Positions 50,534 to 60,224 of a stretch of 64,000 bases of DNA are shown piece after piece. Position numbers and translations under genes: made by a program. The notes below the pieces were generated by a model. The model saw only the letters and a program-made list of their open reading frames with translations. It had not been told where the DNA came from and searched no databases. Within the stretch, counting starts at the first letter, position 1. The number at the start of each line of letters is the position of its first letter. The stretch is from an uncultured Gemmatimonadaceae bacterium. GTDB lineage: Bacteria > Gemmatimonadota > Gemmatimonadetes > Gemmatimonadales > Gemmatimonadaceae. The stretch spans positions 32,001 to 96,000 of the forward strand of contig CAVUDW010000003.1 in NCBI GenBank assembly GCA_963740355.1. Direction: 5' to 3'.

Positions 50534-51787
50534 TCAGCGTGGCGCGATGCGGAGAGCAGCCAGTTGCACGGCGCTTTGCACGCCGGGTACCGTCCAGGCG
50601 AGCACGATGTCGTTGCGGCGCCGAACCATCCGCGGGAAGCCGCTTGCGCGCCCACCGTTGACGGCGACGAGTGTGACCGGGGATTCGGCGGTGCCGTCAG
50701 CGCGCACCAGACGGGCACGGATCTCCGAGCGTTTCTCGCCCACCTGCTCGATCCAGGTGACGAGCGCGTCGCCGTTGTCGAGCAGTTCGACATCCACGCG
50801 TCCGGCCGGCGCACCGCCGTCGATGCGGACGGGCTTACCGAACGTCGCGCCCGCGTCCGACGAGAAGACGAGTTGCACCTTCGCTGTATCGCGGGCGCCC
50901 GTGAACCAGACGGCGGCGACCGTATTGCCGATGGCGGAGATGGCGGGGCCATTCACCGGACAGGCGTTGATGGTCCAGCCATCCGCATGCAGCGGCGTCG
51001 CGGGTGTCCACGTGCCGTCGACGAGGCGCTGGACACTGATGTCGCGATTTTCCGCCTCGCTGCGGTCGCGATAGAGAATCACGGGCCCCTGTGCGGTCTG
51101 GGCGGCGGCCGTCTGGCAGCAGTCGCAGGTGCGCTGGTCGAGAATTGCTTCCGGCCCAGCCATCGCACCGGACTTGTCGTACCGCGCAAACGCGAGGCGC
51201 ATGGCGGGTCCGTGTTCGCCATGTCCGTCACCCGCGGCCGGTGCCGGACTGCCGTTGAGGAACACGACGTCGGCCGAGGAGTCAGCGCGGGGCAGCAATG
51301 TCACGAAGCCGTGCTCGGCAGGGATGCCTTCGCCGTGCGGGGTGATGCTTTTCGACCAGGTGGCCCCGCCGTCGCTGGACTCGGCGAGGCGGATATCGTA
51401 GGAGTAGCGGCCGCTACCATTCTTCTGGAGCCAATGGGCGAGCAGCTTGCCGCTGGCGAGCGGGACCACAGACGGGAAATCTGCCCAATTGACGAAGAGG
51501 TTCGTCGCCCTGACGACCTCGGCAGGCGCGGTCCAGTGGTTCGATGAATCCATCGAGGCCACACGCATCGTAACCGAACTCGAGTCGGCGTCGCGCTGCA
51601 GCCAGCTCAAGATTAGAGTATTCTTATCCGAGTAGCTGACGAACGGTTCGGCGGCGTTTGGCCCGGTCGGAGACGGGAGAGCGACGACGGTGATCCGCTG
51701 CTCGGAGGCAGGTTCGCGTCCCGCGCAGGCGATGAGGCCAAGCGAGAGCGTAACGATTTGCAGCAGTTGAGAGGCGGGCAGTCTCAT
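50534..51787 (-). CDS. BNR/Asp-box (sialidase-like propeller) lipoprotein
   Basis: Lipobox LIAC, Asp-boxes SSDGGATW and SSDAGATF, VNWADFP, CDCC and ACPVNGP motifs. Confidence 0.8.
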   Translation of the reverse strand: MRLPASQLLQIVTLSLGLIACAGREPASEQRITVVALPSPTGPNAAEPFVSYSDKNTLILSWLQRDADSSSVTMRVASMDSSNHWTAPAEVVRATNLFVNWADFPSVVPLASGKLLAHWLQKNGSGRYSYDIRLAESSDGGATWSKSITPHGEGIPAEHGFVTLLPRADSSADVVFLNGSPAPAAGDGHGEHGPAMRLAFARYDKSGAMAGPEAILDQRTCDCCQTAAAQTAQGPVILYRDRSEAENRDISVQRLVDGTWTPATPLHADGWTINACPVNGPAISAIGNTVAAVWFTGARDTAKVQLVFSSDAGATFGKPVRIDGGAPAGRVDVELLDNGDALVTWIEQVGEKRSEIRARLVRADGTAESPVTLVAVNGGRASGFPRMVRRRNDIVLAWTVPGVQSAVQLAALRIAPR

Positions 51788-51949
51788 CGGCGTCGCTAGT
51801 GGTGGGGGGTGGCAGCTAAGCTGCCCCTTGCCACTGGTGGGGTCAACGCGAGGCGATTCGCCGGTCACCCGTTCGGGCTCTGGTGCCGGACCCTGCAGCA
51901 TGCGTTCGTTCAGTCTGGTCAGATTTCTTTCGCCTTCGATCCTGCCCCG

Positions 51950-52657
51950 ATGCCGTCCTCGACGCCCGACTCCTCGCTCGCTCGTCGTTCCTTCATGGCT
52001 CGGCTCGGTGCCGGGCTGGCAGCCTTCGGTGGTGCGATGGCGGGCGTGCCGAACTCAGCAGCCGCGCAGTCCAGCGCGGCTCCCTGGCAGCCGACGCGGC
52101 ACCCGCAGGACGACTGGTTCGATGCCATCCCCGGTCAGCACCGGTTCTTCTTCGACGCCATCTCTGCGACGGGTGTCGGTGATGCGATCACGTTCGCGTC
52201 GAATTTCTACAGCACGAGCAAATCGGGATACGGCCTTAACGAAGGGGACAACGCGGTCGTCATCTGTCTGCGCCACTTTGCCACGCCCTTCGCGTTTTCG
52301 GACGCGATCTGGGCGAAGTACGGTGCCGTGTTCGCTGATCGCATCAAGTTCAGCGACCCGAAGACGCAGCAGGCGCCGGTCATCAACGTCTACCAGACCA
52401 CTGGCTATGGCACGCAGTTGACGAACCGCGAAACGACGCTGGCGATGATGGTGCAGCGCGGGACGCACTTCGCGGTCTGCGATGCGGCCACGCGCGCGTT
52501 TGCCGGCATGGTGGCGACGAAGATGAATTCGAAGGCCGCCGACGTGTACGACGAGATGAAGGCGGCGGTGTTGCCGAACGCACATTTCGTCGCATCCGGG
52601 ATCGTTGGGGTCTGCCGCGCGCAGGAGCGCGGCTACGCCATTCAGTACATCGGCTGA
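51950..52657 (+). CDS. Tat-exported hypothetical protein (DsrE-like fold suspected)
   Basis: ARRSFMARLG Tat motif; RG..FAVCDAAT and AQERGY C-terminal pattern. Confidence 0.7.
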   Translation: MPSSTPDSSLARRSFMARLGAGLAAFGGAMAGVPNSAAAQSSAAPWQPTRHPQDDWFDAIPGQHRFFFDAISATGVGDAITFASNFYSTSKSGYGLNEGDNAVVICLRHFATPFAFSDAIWAKYGAVFADRIKFSDPKTQQAPVINVYQTTGYGTQLTNRETTLAMMVQRGTHFAVCDAATRAFAGMVATKMNSKAADVYDEMKAAVLPNAHFVASGIVGVCRAQERGYAIQYIG

Positions 52658-52658
52658 C

Positions 52659-54158
52659 ATGGTCGCCGCGCCACCCGTGAACGAGATCCCGTCAGCGACG
52701 GTGGCTCAACCAGAACTCAACCGGTACTGGTTGATTCTGGCGGTGGCAGCGGGCTATCTGGCGACGGCGCTGGGCGGTCTCGCGATCAGTCGACAGGCCG
52801 GCAACATCGCGACGCTCTGGCCGCCCAACGGCATGCTGGTGGCGGCACTGTTGCTCTCTGCACCGCGGCGCTGGAAGGACGTGCTGATCGCCGGCGCGAT
52901 CGGCAGTCTGGCTGCCAACCTGTTCAACGGCAGCACGATGATCGCCGCCAGCTCCATCACGGTGGCCAACCTGGTCGAGGCGCTGGTGGCCGCGTCGATC
53001 ATTCGCTGGCAGACGGGACGTCGAGTGCTCTTCCAGCATTCGACCGACGTGGTGGTGCTGATCGTGGCATCGATCACGGCGGCCTTGATCGCCGGCGCGC
53101 TCAGTGCCACGTCCGCCAAGCTGCTGTCGCACGCACCATTCACGACGATCTTCATCAAGTGGGTGCTTGGCGACGTCCTCGGCCTGCTGGTGGTGATGCC
53201 GATCGCGGTGATCGCGCATGATCTCGTGAAGCATGGGCCAGACCGAATGCTGTCGCTGCGCACGCAAGGTGAGGCCGCGCTACTGCTTGGCGCCGTGTGC
53301 GGGGTGAGCTTCGCGGTGTTCGCGCCGAACGTGCCGCCGATCCAGTTCCTGGTCATGCCGACAGTGCTGCTCGCATCGTTCCGGCTTGGCCCACTCGGTG
53401 CCGCGTTGTCGACATCGATCGTAGCCATCATCGGGTCGCTGGGCACCGTGCTGGCCGCGAAGGCCGGCGCCAACACACCGGATGAAGTCACGCTGCGCGT
53501 GTTCAACTTTCAGCTGAACCTTGCGGTGCTGTTCCTCACCGCGCTGCCGATCGGATCGGCAATGGCGCAGCGCGTCACGCTTGAGCACGACCTGATGGAA
53601 GAGAAGGAGCGCGCCGATCGCTTTGCGAAGGACATGGCATCGCTGGCCAACATCGACGACCTGACCGGCCTGGCGACGCGGCGCTTCTTCCTCGATCAGC
53701 TCGACATGATGGCAGCGACGGCGCGACGGCAGAAGCAGCCGCTGACGCTGGCGATGATCGACATCGACCACTTCAAGCCGATCAACGACAAGTTCGGCCA
53801 TGCGGTCGGCGACGCAGTGCTGATGGCGATCGGTGCAGCGTGCCGGAGTGCGGTGCGCTCCGAGGATGTGATCGGACGCCTGGGTGGCGAGGAGTTCGCG
53901 ATGCTGATGCCACTGACCGACCAGGAAGCCGCCTTCCGGATCGTCGATCGACTGCGCGAAGCCGTTGCCGCCATTGCGATCCCCACCAATGAAGGCCGCA
54001 CCGTATCGGTGACGATCAGCATTGGCATGGCGATGTTCGCCGATCAGCAGATCGACCGACTGCTGCTCGACGCCGACCGTGCGCTGTACCTGGCCAAGGA
54101 GCGCGGGCGCAATCGCATCGTGCTGGCGGAACGGTCGGTGGTGACGTCGCTGTTCTGA
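52659..54158 (+). CDS. MASE1-domain diguanylate cyclase
   Basis: LWPPNG and ANLVEA (MASE1-like multi-TM); DIDHFK..ND.FGH..GD, RSED I-site and GGEEF. Confidence 0.92.
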   Translation: MVAAPPVNEIPSATVAQPELNRYWLILAVAAGYLATALGGLAISRQAGNIATLWPPNGMLVAALLLSAPRRWKDVLIAGAIGSLAANLFNGSTMIAASSITVANLVEALVAASIIRWQTGRRVLFQHSTDVVVLIVASITAALIAGALSATSAKLLSHAPFTTIFIKWVLGDVLGLLVVMPIAVIAHDLVKHGPDRMLSLRTQGEAALLLGAVCGVSFAVFAPNVPPIQFLVMPTVLLASFRLGPLGAALSTSIVAIIGSLGTVLAAKAGANTPDEVTLRVFNFQLNLAVLFLTALPIGSAMAQRVTLEHDLMEEKERADRFAKDMASLANIDDLTGLATRRFFLDQLDMMAATARRQKQPLTLAMIDIDHFKPINDKFGHAVGDAVLMAIGAACRSAVRSEDVIGRLGGEEFAMLMPLTDQEAAFRIVDRLREAVAAIAIPTNEGRTVSVTISIGMAMFADQQIDRLLLDADRALYLAKERGRNRIVLAERSVVTSLF

Positions 54159-54207
54159 GGGACGTCGGGCACCACGATCGGTTCACACACAGTGGAGAGT
54201 CGCGCGA

Positions 54208-54774
54208 ATGTCGTCAGCCCTTCTGATCATTGACGTCCAGCAGGCGATCTGCGTCGGAGAGTGGGCGGCGTTCGACGTGGACGCGATGGTCGATCGCATC
54301 AATGCCGTTACAGCCACCGCGCGCGAAGCGGGTGCACCGGTGATCCTGATCCAGCATCAGGAGGCTGACGGTCCGATGCAAGCGGAGACGCCAGGCTGGC
54401 AACTCTACGATCGGCTGCAGACGCATCCCAGCGACCTGCACCTCCGCAAGACCGCCACCGATTCCTTCCACCGCACCGGGCTGCAGGAGTTGCTGCAGTC
54501 GCGAGGGGTGAATCGCCTCGTCGTGTGCGGGCTGCAGAGCGAATTCTGCGTCGACTCGACGGTGCGCGGTGCGCTGGCCCATGGATATCCGGTGACGCTG
54601 ATCGCCGATGGGCACTCCACGATCGGCAATGGGGTGCTGACCGCGACACAGATTTCGGCGCATCACAACGAGACGCTGGCGAATGTGGGCAGTTACGGGC
54701 CGCGGGTGGAGACGGTTCCGGCGGCGGAGTTGTGCGACGTGTCTTCCCCTCTGTGGGCCGCTCGACACGCCTGA
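54208..54774 (+). CDS. Isochorismatase-family cysteine hydrolase
   Basis: ALLIIDVQ, K...DSF, GLQSEFCVDST; GGAG RBS. Confidence 0.9.
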   Translation: MSSALLIIDVQQAICVGEWAAFDVDAMVDRINAVTATAREAGAPVILIQHQEADGPMQAETPGWQLYDRLQTHPSDLHLRKTATDSFHRTGLQELLQSRGVNRLVVCGLQSEFCVDSTVRGALAHGYPVTLIADGHSTIGNGVLTATQISAHHNETLANVGSYGPRVETVPAAELCDVSSPLWAARHA

Positions 54775-54906
54775 CCCGCGCGGCGCCGTGGCCCTTTTTA
54801 CGACCGCTTCGCGCACTCCGTGTAAGGCCGTGAGTGCTGGCGCCCATACCGAGCGTTGCTCCTTGGCCGGACTGAAGGCAGTCCACCACACTCAGGAGCT
54901 CATGTC

Positions 54907-56613
54907 GTGCAGCAGCAATCCAGCTTTCGACGATTCGCGCAACTCACACCGAGGCACAGCCTGCCCGAGTGGAGCTTCTCGCGCCACCTGATTTCCCTGA
55001 GCGCGCTGCTCGTCACCGCATGCGGCGGCGGAGGCGCGCCCCCCGCCCCACTGCCGCCGGCGCCAACTCCACCCAGCATCACGGCGCAGCCGGTGCCAGT
55101 GAGCGTCACCACCGGGCAACCAGCGGCATTCACCGTGACTGCCACCGGCTCTGCACCGCTGACGTACCAGTGGCAGCGCAACGCCGTCGACATCGCTGGC
55201 GCCTCATCGGCGACCTACACGATTGCGGCGACGGCGCTGGCGGACAATGGCGTTTCGTTTCGCGTGATCGTCAGCAATGCCGCGACCAGCGTCACCAGCA
55301 CGGCAGTCGCATTGACGGTCGCCGCGCCGACGGTCGCGCCATCGATCGCATCGCCGCCGCTGGATGTGCGGGTGACGGCACCGGCTACCGCGACGTTCAA
55401 CGTCGTCGTGGCGGGGATCCCTGCGCCCACGATTCAGTGGCAGGCCAGCGCCGACAACGGGGTGACGTGGACCAACATCGCGGGAGCGACGGCAGCGAGT
55501 TACACGACACCAGCGACCACGACGGCGGACTCCTTCAAGCGATATCGCGCCGTTGCCACGAACACCGTCAGCAGCGTGAACAGTCCGCTCGCGACGCTGA
55601 TCGTCGATCCGCCGGTGGCCGCAGATCGGTTGGTGCTCTTCGCGGGCAACGCAGGCGTTCGTGGCAACGTGGACGCCACCGGAACCGCCGCGCGCTTCGA
55701 TGGCCCTGTGGGCATGGCCATCGATGGCGCGGGCAACATCTACACCGCCGATTGGCGCAACCATACGGTTCGCAAGATCACGTCCGCTGGTGTCGTGACG
55801 ACGATTGCTGGAAGCGCCGGAGTCGAGGGGTCGGTGGATGGCACAGGCAGCGCTGCGCTCTTCCGTTTCCCGCGCGGTGTTGCAGTCGATGGCACCGGGA
55901 ACGTGTACGTCACCGATCAAGGCAATCACACCATTCGCAAGATCACACCAGCCGGTGTGGTGACGACGATCGCGGGCCAGGTCGGGCTGATTGGCAACTT
56001 GAAGGACAACAAGTTGAATTCTCCAACCGGCATTTCCGTCGATGCGGCTGGGAACATCTACGTCGCGAACACGAACGACTGCACGATCGGCGTGATCACC
56101 GCCGCTGGCGTCCGCTACAGCCTTGCCGGGTTCACTGGCCGGCCAGGCAGCGCCAACGGCAGCGACACGACGGCGCGATTCAACTATCCGTCCGACGTGA
56201 AGCCCGATGGAAATGGCAATCTCTATGTCGCCGACAAGGCCAACCACACGATTCGCAAGATCGTGATTGCCTCCGCCAGCGTCACGACGTACGCGGGCAC
56301 GCCGCTGGTGTCCGGCTTCGCCGACGGGACGGGCTCCGGTGCAGGCTTCGCTGACCCGACGTCAATCGTTCTCGACGCAGGTGGCTCGCTCTATGTCGCA
56401 GACACCTACAACAACGTGATCCGAAAGATCACCACCGGTGGTGTGGTGACGACCGTTCTCGGTGTCTTGCGCTCCGATCCCGGCTTCGAGTTCCGCACCG
56501 GACCGAACCCGCGGCTCGGTGGACCGCTCTACATGGCGATGATCGACAACACACACATCGTACTTGGGATGGAGACGTTCAACTCCGGCTTGTACATCGC
56601 GACGGTGCCGTAG
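54907..56613 (+). CDS. Lipoprotein with two Ig-like domains and an NHL-repeat propeller
   Basis: LVTACGGGG lipobox; PSITAQP..LTYQWQ Ig repeats; several P.G.AVD..GN.YV.D..NH.IRKI repeats. GTG start 8 nt after AGGAG. Confidence 0.85.
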   Translation: MQQQSSFRRFAQLTPRHSLPEWSFSRHLISLSALLVTACGGGGAPPAPLPPAPTPPSITAQPVPVSVTTGQPAAFTVTATGSAPLTYQWQRNAVDIAGASSATYTIAATALADNGVSFRVIVSNAATSVTSTAVALTVAAPTVAPSIASPPLDVRVTAPATATFNVVVAGIPAPTIQWQASADNGVTWTNIAGATAASYTTPATTTADSFKRYRAVATNTVSSVNSPLATLIVDPPVAADRLVLFAGNAGVRGNVDATGTAARFDGPVGMAIDGAGNIYTADWRNHTVRKITSAGVVTTIAGSAGVEGSVDGTGSAALFRFPRGVAVDGTGNVYVTDQGNHTIRKITPAGVVTTIAGQVGLIGNLKDNKLNSPTGISVDAAGNIYVANTNDCTIGVITAAGVRYSLAGFTGRPGSANGSDTTARFNYPSDVKPDGNGNLYVADKANHTIRKIVIASASVTTYAGTPLVSGFADGTGSGAGFADPTSIVLDAGGSLYVADTYNNVIRKITTGGVVTTVLGVLRSDPGFEFRTGPNPRLGGPLYMAMIDNTHIVLGMETFNSGLYIATVP

Positions 56614-56726
56614 GAGCCCCCCGCGTGCGGCGCCCCCCTCCGCTGCTGTCGGCGGAGGGGCGACTGGTGGGAGTAGCGCGCGGCACCCTATCTTCGGAGT
56701 TTGGCACCTACCACCGGAGACGATTG

Positions 56727-57077
56727 ATGCCTGCGCTCCACCCGAGGGTTCGCCGCTGGTGCACTGCGCCGGCCTGGGCGATTGCGGTCTTGGCGATCGC
56801 GGCCTGCCACAACGTCAACCTGAGTCCGGAAGCGAAAGCGGTGCGCGTGATTCGCGACGCGTCACAGGTGCGCTCGTGCCGATTTGTCAGTGACGTCGAG
56901 TCGTCGGATCGGCTCAGCGGCGGCTTGGTGAATCGGGACAAGGCGGAGGAAAACGCCTACAAGATCCTGAAGGAGAAGACGGCGAAGCTGGGCGCGAACA
57001 CGGTCTTGATCAGCAGCGCAACGTCGAATTATCGCGGTGCCGGCATGCAGGGCAAGGCATACGCCTGCGCCACCTAG
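56727..57077 (+). CDS. Small lipoprotein (DUF4156-like)
   Basis: Lipobox IAAC, 'SCRFV', LGANTV and terminal GKAYAC. Confidence 0.7.
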   Translation: MPALHPRVRRWCTAPAWAIAVLAIAACHNVNLSPEAKAVRVIRDASQVRSCRFVSDVESSDRLSGGLVNRDKAEENAYKILKEKTAKLGANTVLISSATSNYRGAGMQGKAYACAT

Positions 57078-57144
57078 CAGCCCCTCTTGCCCGCGTCGCG
57101 ACGCGCACCACATCGGGCGCGCGTCGCTCGGCCGAGAACGCCTG

Positions 57145-58722
57145 CTACTTCGACCAGAAACGATCAAGAAACAGGTACCGCGCCCGTGGTTCCGGCTCGG
57201 CCCGCGTGGTGACATCGATCACCTGACGCATCGCCTCACCTGACGAACTGACGGCGCCCTTCGGCCACGACGGCAAGCCCGATCCGTTGGGATTCCCGGT
57301 GCGAATGAAGTTCGCGAAGTAGCCCTGCAGTGATGCGGAAACGGCGTTGTCCTGGGCCGTCCAGGCAAATTCGGGATTCAGTCGCAGGTTGCCCATCGCA
57401 TACTCGATTTCCGCCGAGTGCGAGGCACCGACCGCCGGCGTCGACCCATCCGGCGTTGTCGACGCTGGTCGCGGCCGCGCGTACAAGTAGCGGTAGACGT
57501 CACGTCCGCCGGTCTTGGCGTGAAGCTCCAACCACCGCCATGTCCCGTGTGCAATGAACTGGTCGCCAGCGAGGGCGTTCGCCGACGCCTGCAGTTCCTC
57601 TGGCGTCGATGAGGGGAAGATTCGTGCGGCTTCGTCAGCCTTGTCGCCGAACAGGCGCTGCAGGACGGCAGCAAACGCCGCTGGCGTCTGCTCCTTCGGC
57701 AGTAACGCGCGGCCATCCATCTCGAGCGAATTCCAGCCGGCCAGCAGCGGGACATGTGCCTGCTCGCCGGCAAGGAAGATCTCGGCTGGTGCCTTGGGCA
57801 GGAAGCGACCGTCGAGTGTCGGGCCGAAGGATGGCAGGCCAGGCCGCGACGTTCGATCCTGCAACCAACTGGCTGAAACCGCACGCAGTGCCGCCAGTGA
57901 CGTCGCACCGATCTTCTCACCGAGCAACGTGCCCTGCGTTTCGAGATAGGCGTGATTGGCCGCCGTCAGGCCACGCGAGATGGCTGAACCGCTCTCGCCA
58001 ATGGCACCAGCGAAGAGCGTGCGCGACATCGGCGATGCCATCAGGGCGCTGACGGACATCGACCCCGCAGACTCACCGGCAATCGTGATACGCTTCGGAT
58101 CACCACCGAAGGCGGCGATGTTCGCCTGTACCCAACGCAATGCTGCGGCCTGATCCATCAGGCCATAGTTCCCGGATGCCGCCGGCGTGGATTCCTTCGT
58201 CAGCTCAGGGTGCACGAAGAATCCGAAGACACCGAGGCGGTAGTTCACGGTCACCGTGACGATGCCCTTCTCCGCCATGCTTTCACCATCGTACCGCAGT
58301 TCCGACCCGTCGCCGGCAACGAAGCCGCCGCCGTAGAAGTAGACCAGCACCGGAAGCGAACCGGCGGCTGCCGTCTTCGGCGCCCAGACATTGAGGTAGA
58401 GACAGTCTTCACTGGTGCCTTCGCTGCGAAACCGCATGTCGGAGAACGGGCGCCCTTGCATGCACTGGGGCCCGAACCGATCAGCGCGTCGGACGCCACT
58501 CCAGTTGGCGGCCGGCTGCGGTGGCTTCCATCGCAGGTCGCGCACAGGTGGCGCGCCGAACGGCAAACCGCGGAATGCGCGAACACCGCTCGCGAGCGTC
58601 ACGCCGTCGACGACGCCGTTGATGGTCCGCGCGCGCGGCGCCGTTTGCGCCTCGCTGAGCGTGGGCCCGACGGCTGCGAGCAGCAGGGACGCAGAGAGCG
58701 CCGCAAAACGAGCAGGAAGCAT
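57145..58722 (-). CDS. Secreted type-B carboxylesterase
   Basis: SEDCLYLNVW, YGGGF, GESAG nucleophile, SHSAEI. Confidence 0.93.
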   Translation of the reverse strand: MLPARFAALSASLLLAAVGPTLSEAQTAPRARTINGVVDGVTLASGVRAFRGLPFGAPPVRDLRWKPPQPAANWSGVRRADRFGPQCMQGRPFSDMRFRSEGTSEDCLYLNVWAPKTAAAGSLPVLVYFYGGGFVAGDGSELRYDGESMAEKGIVTVTVNYRLGVFGFFVHPELTKESTPAASGNYGLMDQAAALRWVQANIAAFGGDPKRITIAGESAGSMSVSALMASPMSRTLFAGAIGESGSAISRGLTAANHAYLETQGTLLGEKIGATSLAALRAVSASWLQDRTSRPGLPSFGPTLDGRFLPKAPAEIFLAGEQAHVPLLAGWNSLEMDGRALLPKEQTPAAFAAVLQRLFGDKADEAARIFPSSTPEELQASANALAGDQFIAHGTWRWLELHAKTGGRDVYRYLYARPRPASTTPDGSTPAVGASHSAEIEYAMGNLRLNPEFAWTAQDNAVSASLQGYFANFIRTGNPNGSGLPSWPKGAVSSSGEAMRQVIDVTTRAEPEPRARYLFLDRFWSK

Positions 58723-58862
58723 CTGATGAGTGGGTCGAGTGTCTAGCCACGCCGGACGTGTGGCCGAGGCTGAGCAGAGCGGAATCGATCAGGCTGCACG
58801 GCGATAATCAAGCACGACGTGCGCCAGCATCCGTGGCGGCGAGTGACAGCTGCTGTGTTACA

Positions 58863-60182
58863 TCATCCACGCGTGCGCAAGTCGATGACCCGCTTGGCTT
58901 TCCCTGCCGGCGTACGTTCCAGTGTGGCATGTGGCAGGACCGACACCGCCACGGTCACGCCGACCCGCACCTTGATGCGATCCTGCACTTCACCCGCGAT
59001 GCGACGCAGCGTCTCGAGCGGCAGTTCACCCATGCCCTGATGCAGTTCGCACCGGACATCCATCTGATCCAGCAGTCCGTCGCGGGTCACGTGTATGAGA
59101 TACTGTCCCGAAAGGTCGGCGTGTTCGAGCACGACTTCCTCGATCTGCGTCGGAAAGACATTCACGCCACGAATGATGAGCATGTCATCACTGCGCCCCG
59201 TGATCTTGGCCATGCGACGAAACGCGCGGGAGGTCGGCGGCAGCAGCCGCGTGAGATCACGCGTGCGGTACCGAATGACAGGCAACGCTTCCTTGGTGAG
59301 CGAGGTGAAGACGAGTTCCCCTTCGTCGCCGTCGGGCACCGGCGCACCGGTCTCAGGGTCCACGATCTCCGGGTAGAAATGATCCTCCCAGATCACCGGG
59401 CCATCCTTCGACTCGATGCACTCACTCGCCACGCCGGGCCCCATGACTTCCGACAAGCCATAGATGTCCACCGCATCGATGCCGGCCCTGCGCTCGATGT
59501 CGCTGCGCATTGCGTTCGTCCACGGTTCCGCACCGAAGATCCCGACCTTGAGCGAGCTGGCCACGGGGTCGAGGCCCATCCGTTCGAACTGTTCGATGAT
59601 CACCTGCATGTAGCTGGGGGTGACCATGATGATGTCGGGCCTGAAGTCCTGGATCAGCTGCACCTGCTTTTCGGTCTGGCCGCCAGACATCGGAATCACG
59701 GTGCACCCAAGCGCCTCGGCGCCGTAGTGCGCCCCGAGGCCGCCGGTGAACAAGCCATAGCCGTACGCGATGTGCACGATGTCGCCGGCACGACCGCCGG
59801 CCGCACGTATGGAGCGGGCCACCAGGTGGGCCCAGTTGGCGATATCCGTCTTCGTATACCCGACGACGGTTGGCTTCCCGGTGGTACCGGACGAGGCATG
59901 CACACGCACCACCTGTTCACGCGGCACGGCGAACATGCCGAATGGATAGTTGTCGCGCAGGTCTGCCTTGGTCGTGAACGGGAAGCGCGAGAGATCGCTC
60001 AACTGCCGCAGATCCTCTGGATGCACACCCGCAGCACTGAACGCATTCCGATAGTGCGGCACATGGTCGTACGCGCGCTGCAGCGTGGACCGTAGTCGGT
60101 CCAGCTGCAGCGCAGTGATCTCATCGCGGCTGGCGGTCTCGATCGGCTCGAGGTCGCCCGGGGCAGGTCGTCGCACAGGCAT
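58863..60182 (-). CDS. paaK: Phenylacetate-CoA ligase
   Basis: HASSGTTGKPTVVGYT, YGYGLFTGGLGAHYG, GAEPW, YGLSEVMGPGV. Confidence 0.95.
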   Translation of the reverse strand: MPVRRPAPGDLEPIETASRDEITALQLDRLRSTLQRAYDHVPHYRNAFSAAGVHPEDLRQLSDLSRFPFTTKADLRDNYPFGMFAVPREQVVRVHASSGTTGKPTVVGYTKTDIANWAHLVARSIRAAGGRAGDIVHIAYGYGLFTGGLGAHYGAEALGCTVIPMSGGQTEKQVQLIQDFRPDIIMVTPSYMQVIIEQFERMGLDPVASSLKVGIFGAEPWTNAMRSDIERRAGIDAVDIYGLSEVMGPGVASECIESKDGPVIWEDHFYPEIVDPETGAPVPDGDEGELVFTSLTKEALPVIRYRTRDLTRLLPPTSRAFRRMAKITGRSDDMLIIRGVNVFPTQIEEVVLEHADLSGQYLIHVTRDGLLDQMDVRCELHQGMGELPLETLRRIAGEVQDRIKVRVGVTVAVSVLPHATLERTPAGKAKRVIDLRTRG

Positions 60183-60224
60183 CACTCGCTCCGATTCATC
60201 TGGTCACCGCCTTGCGCCACCCGG

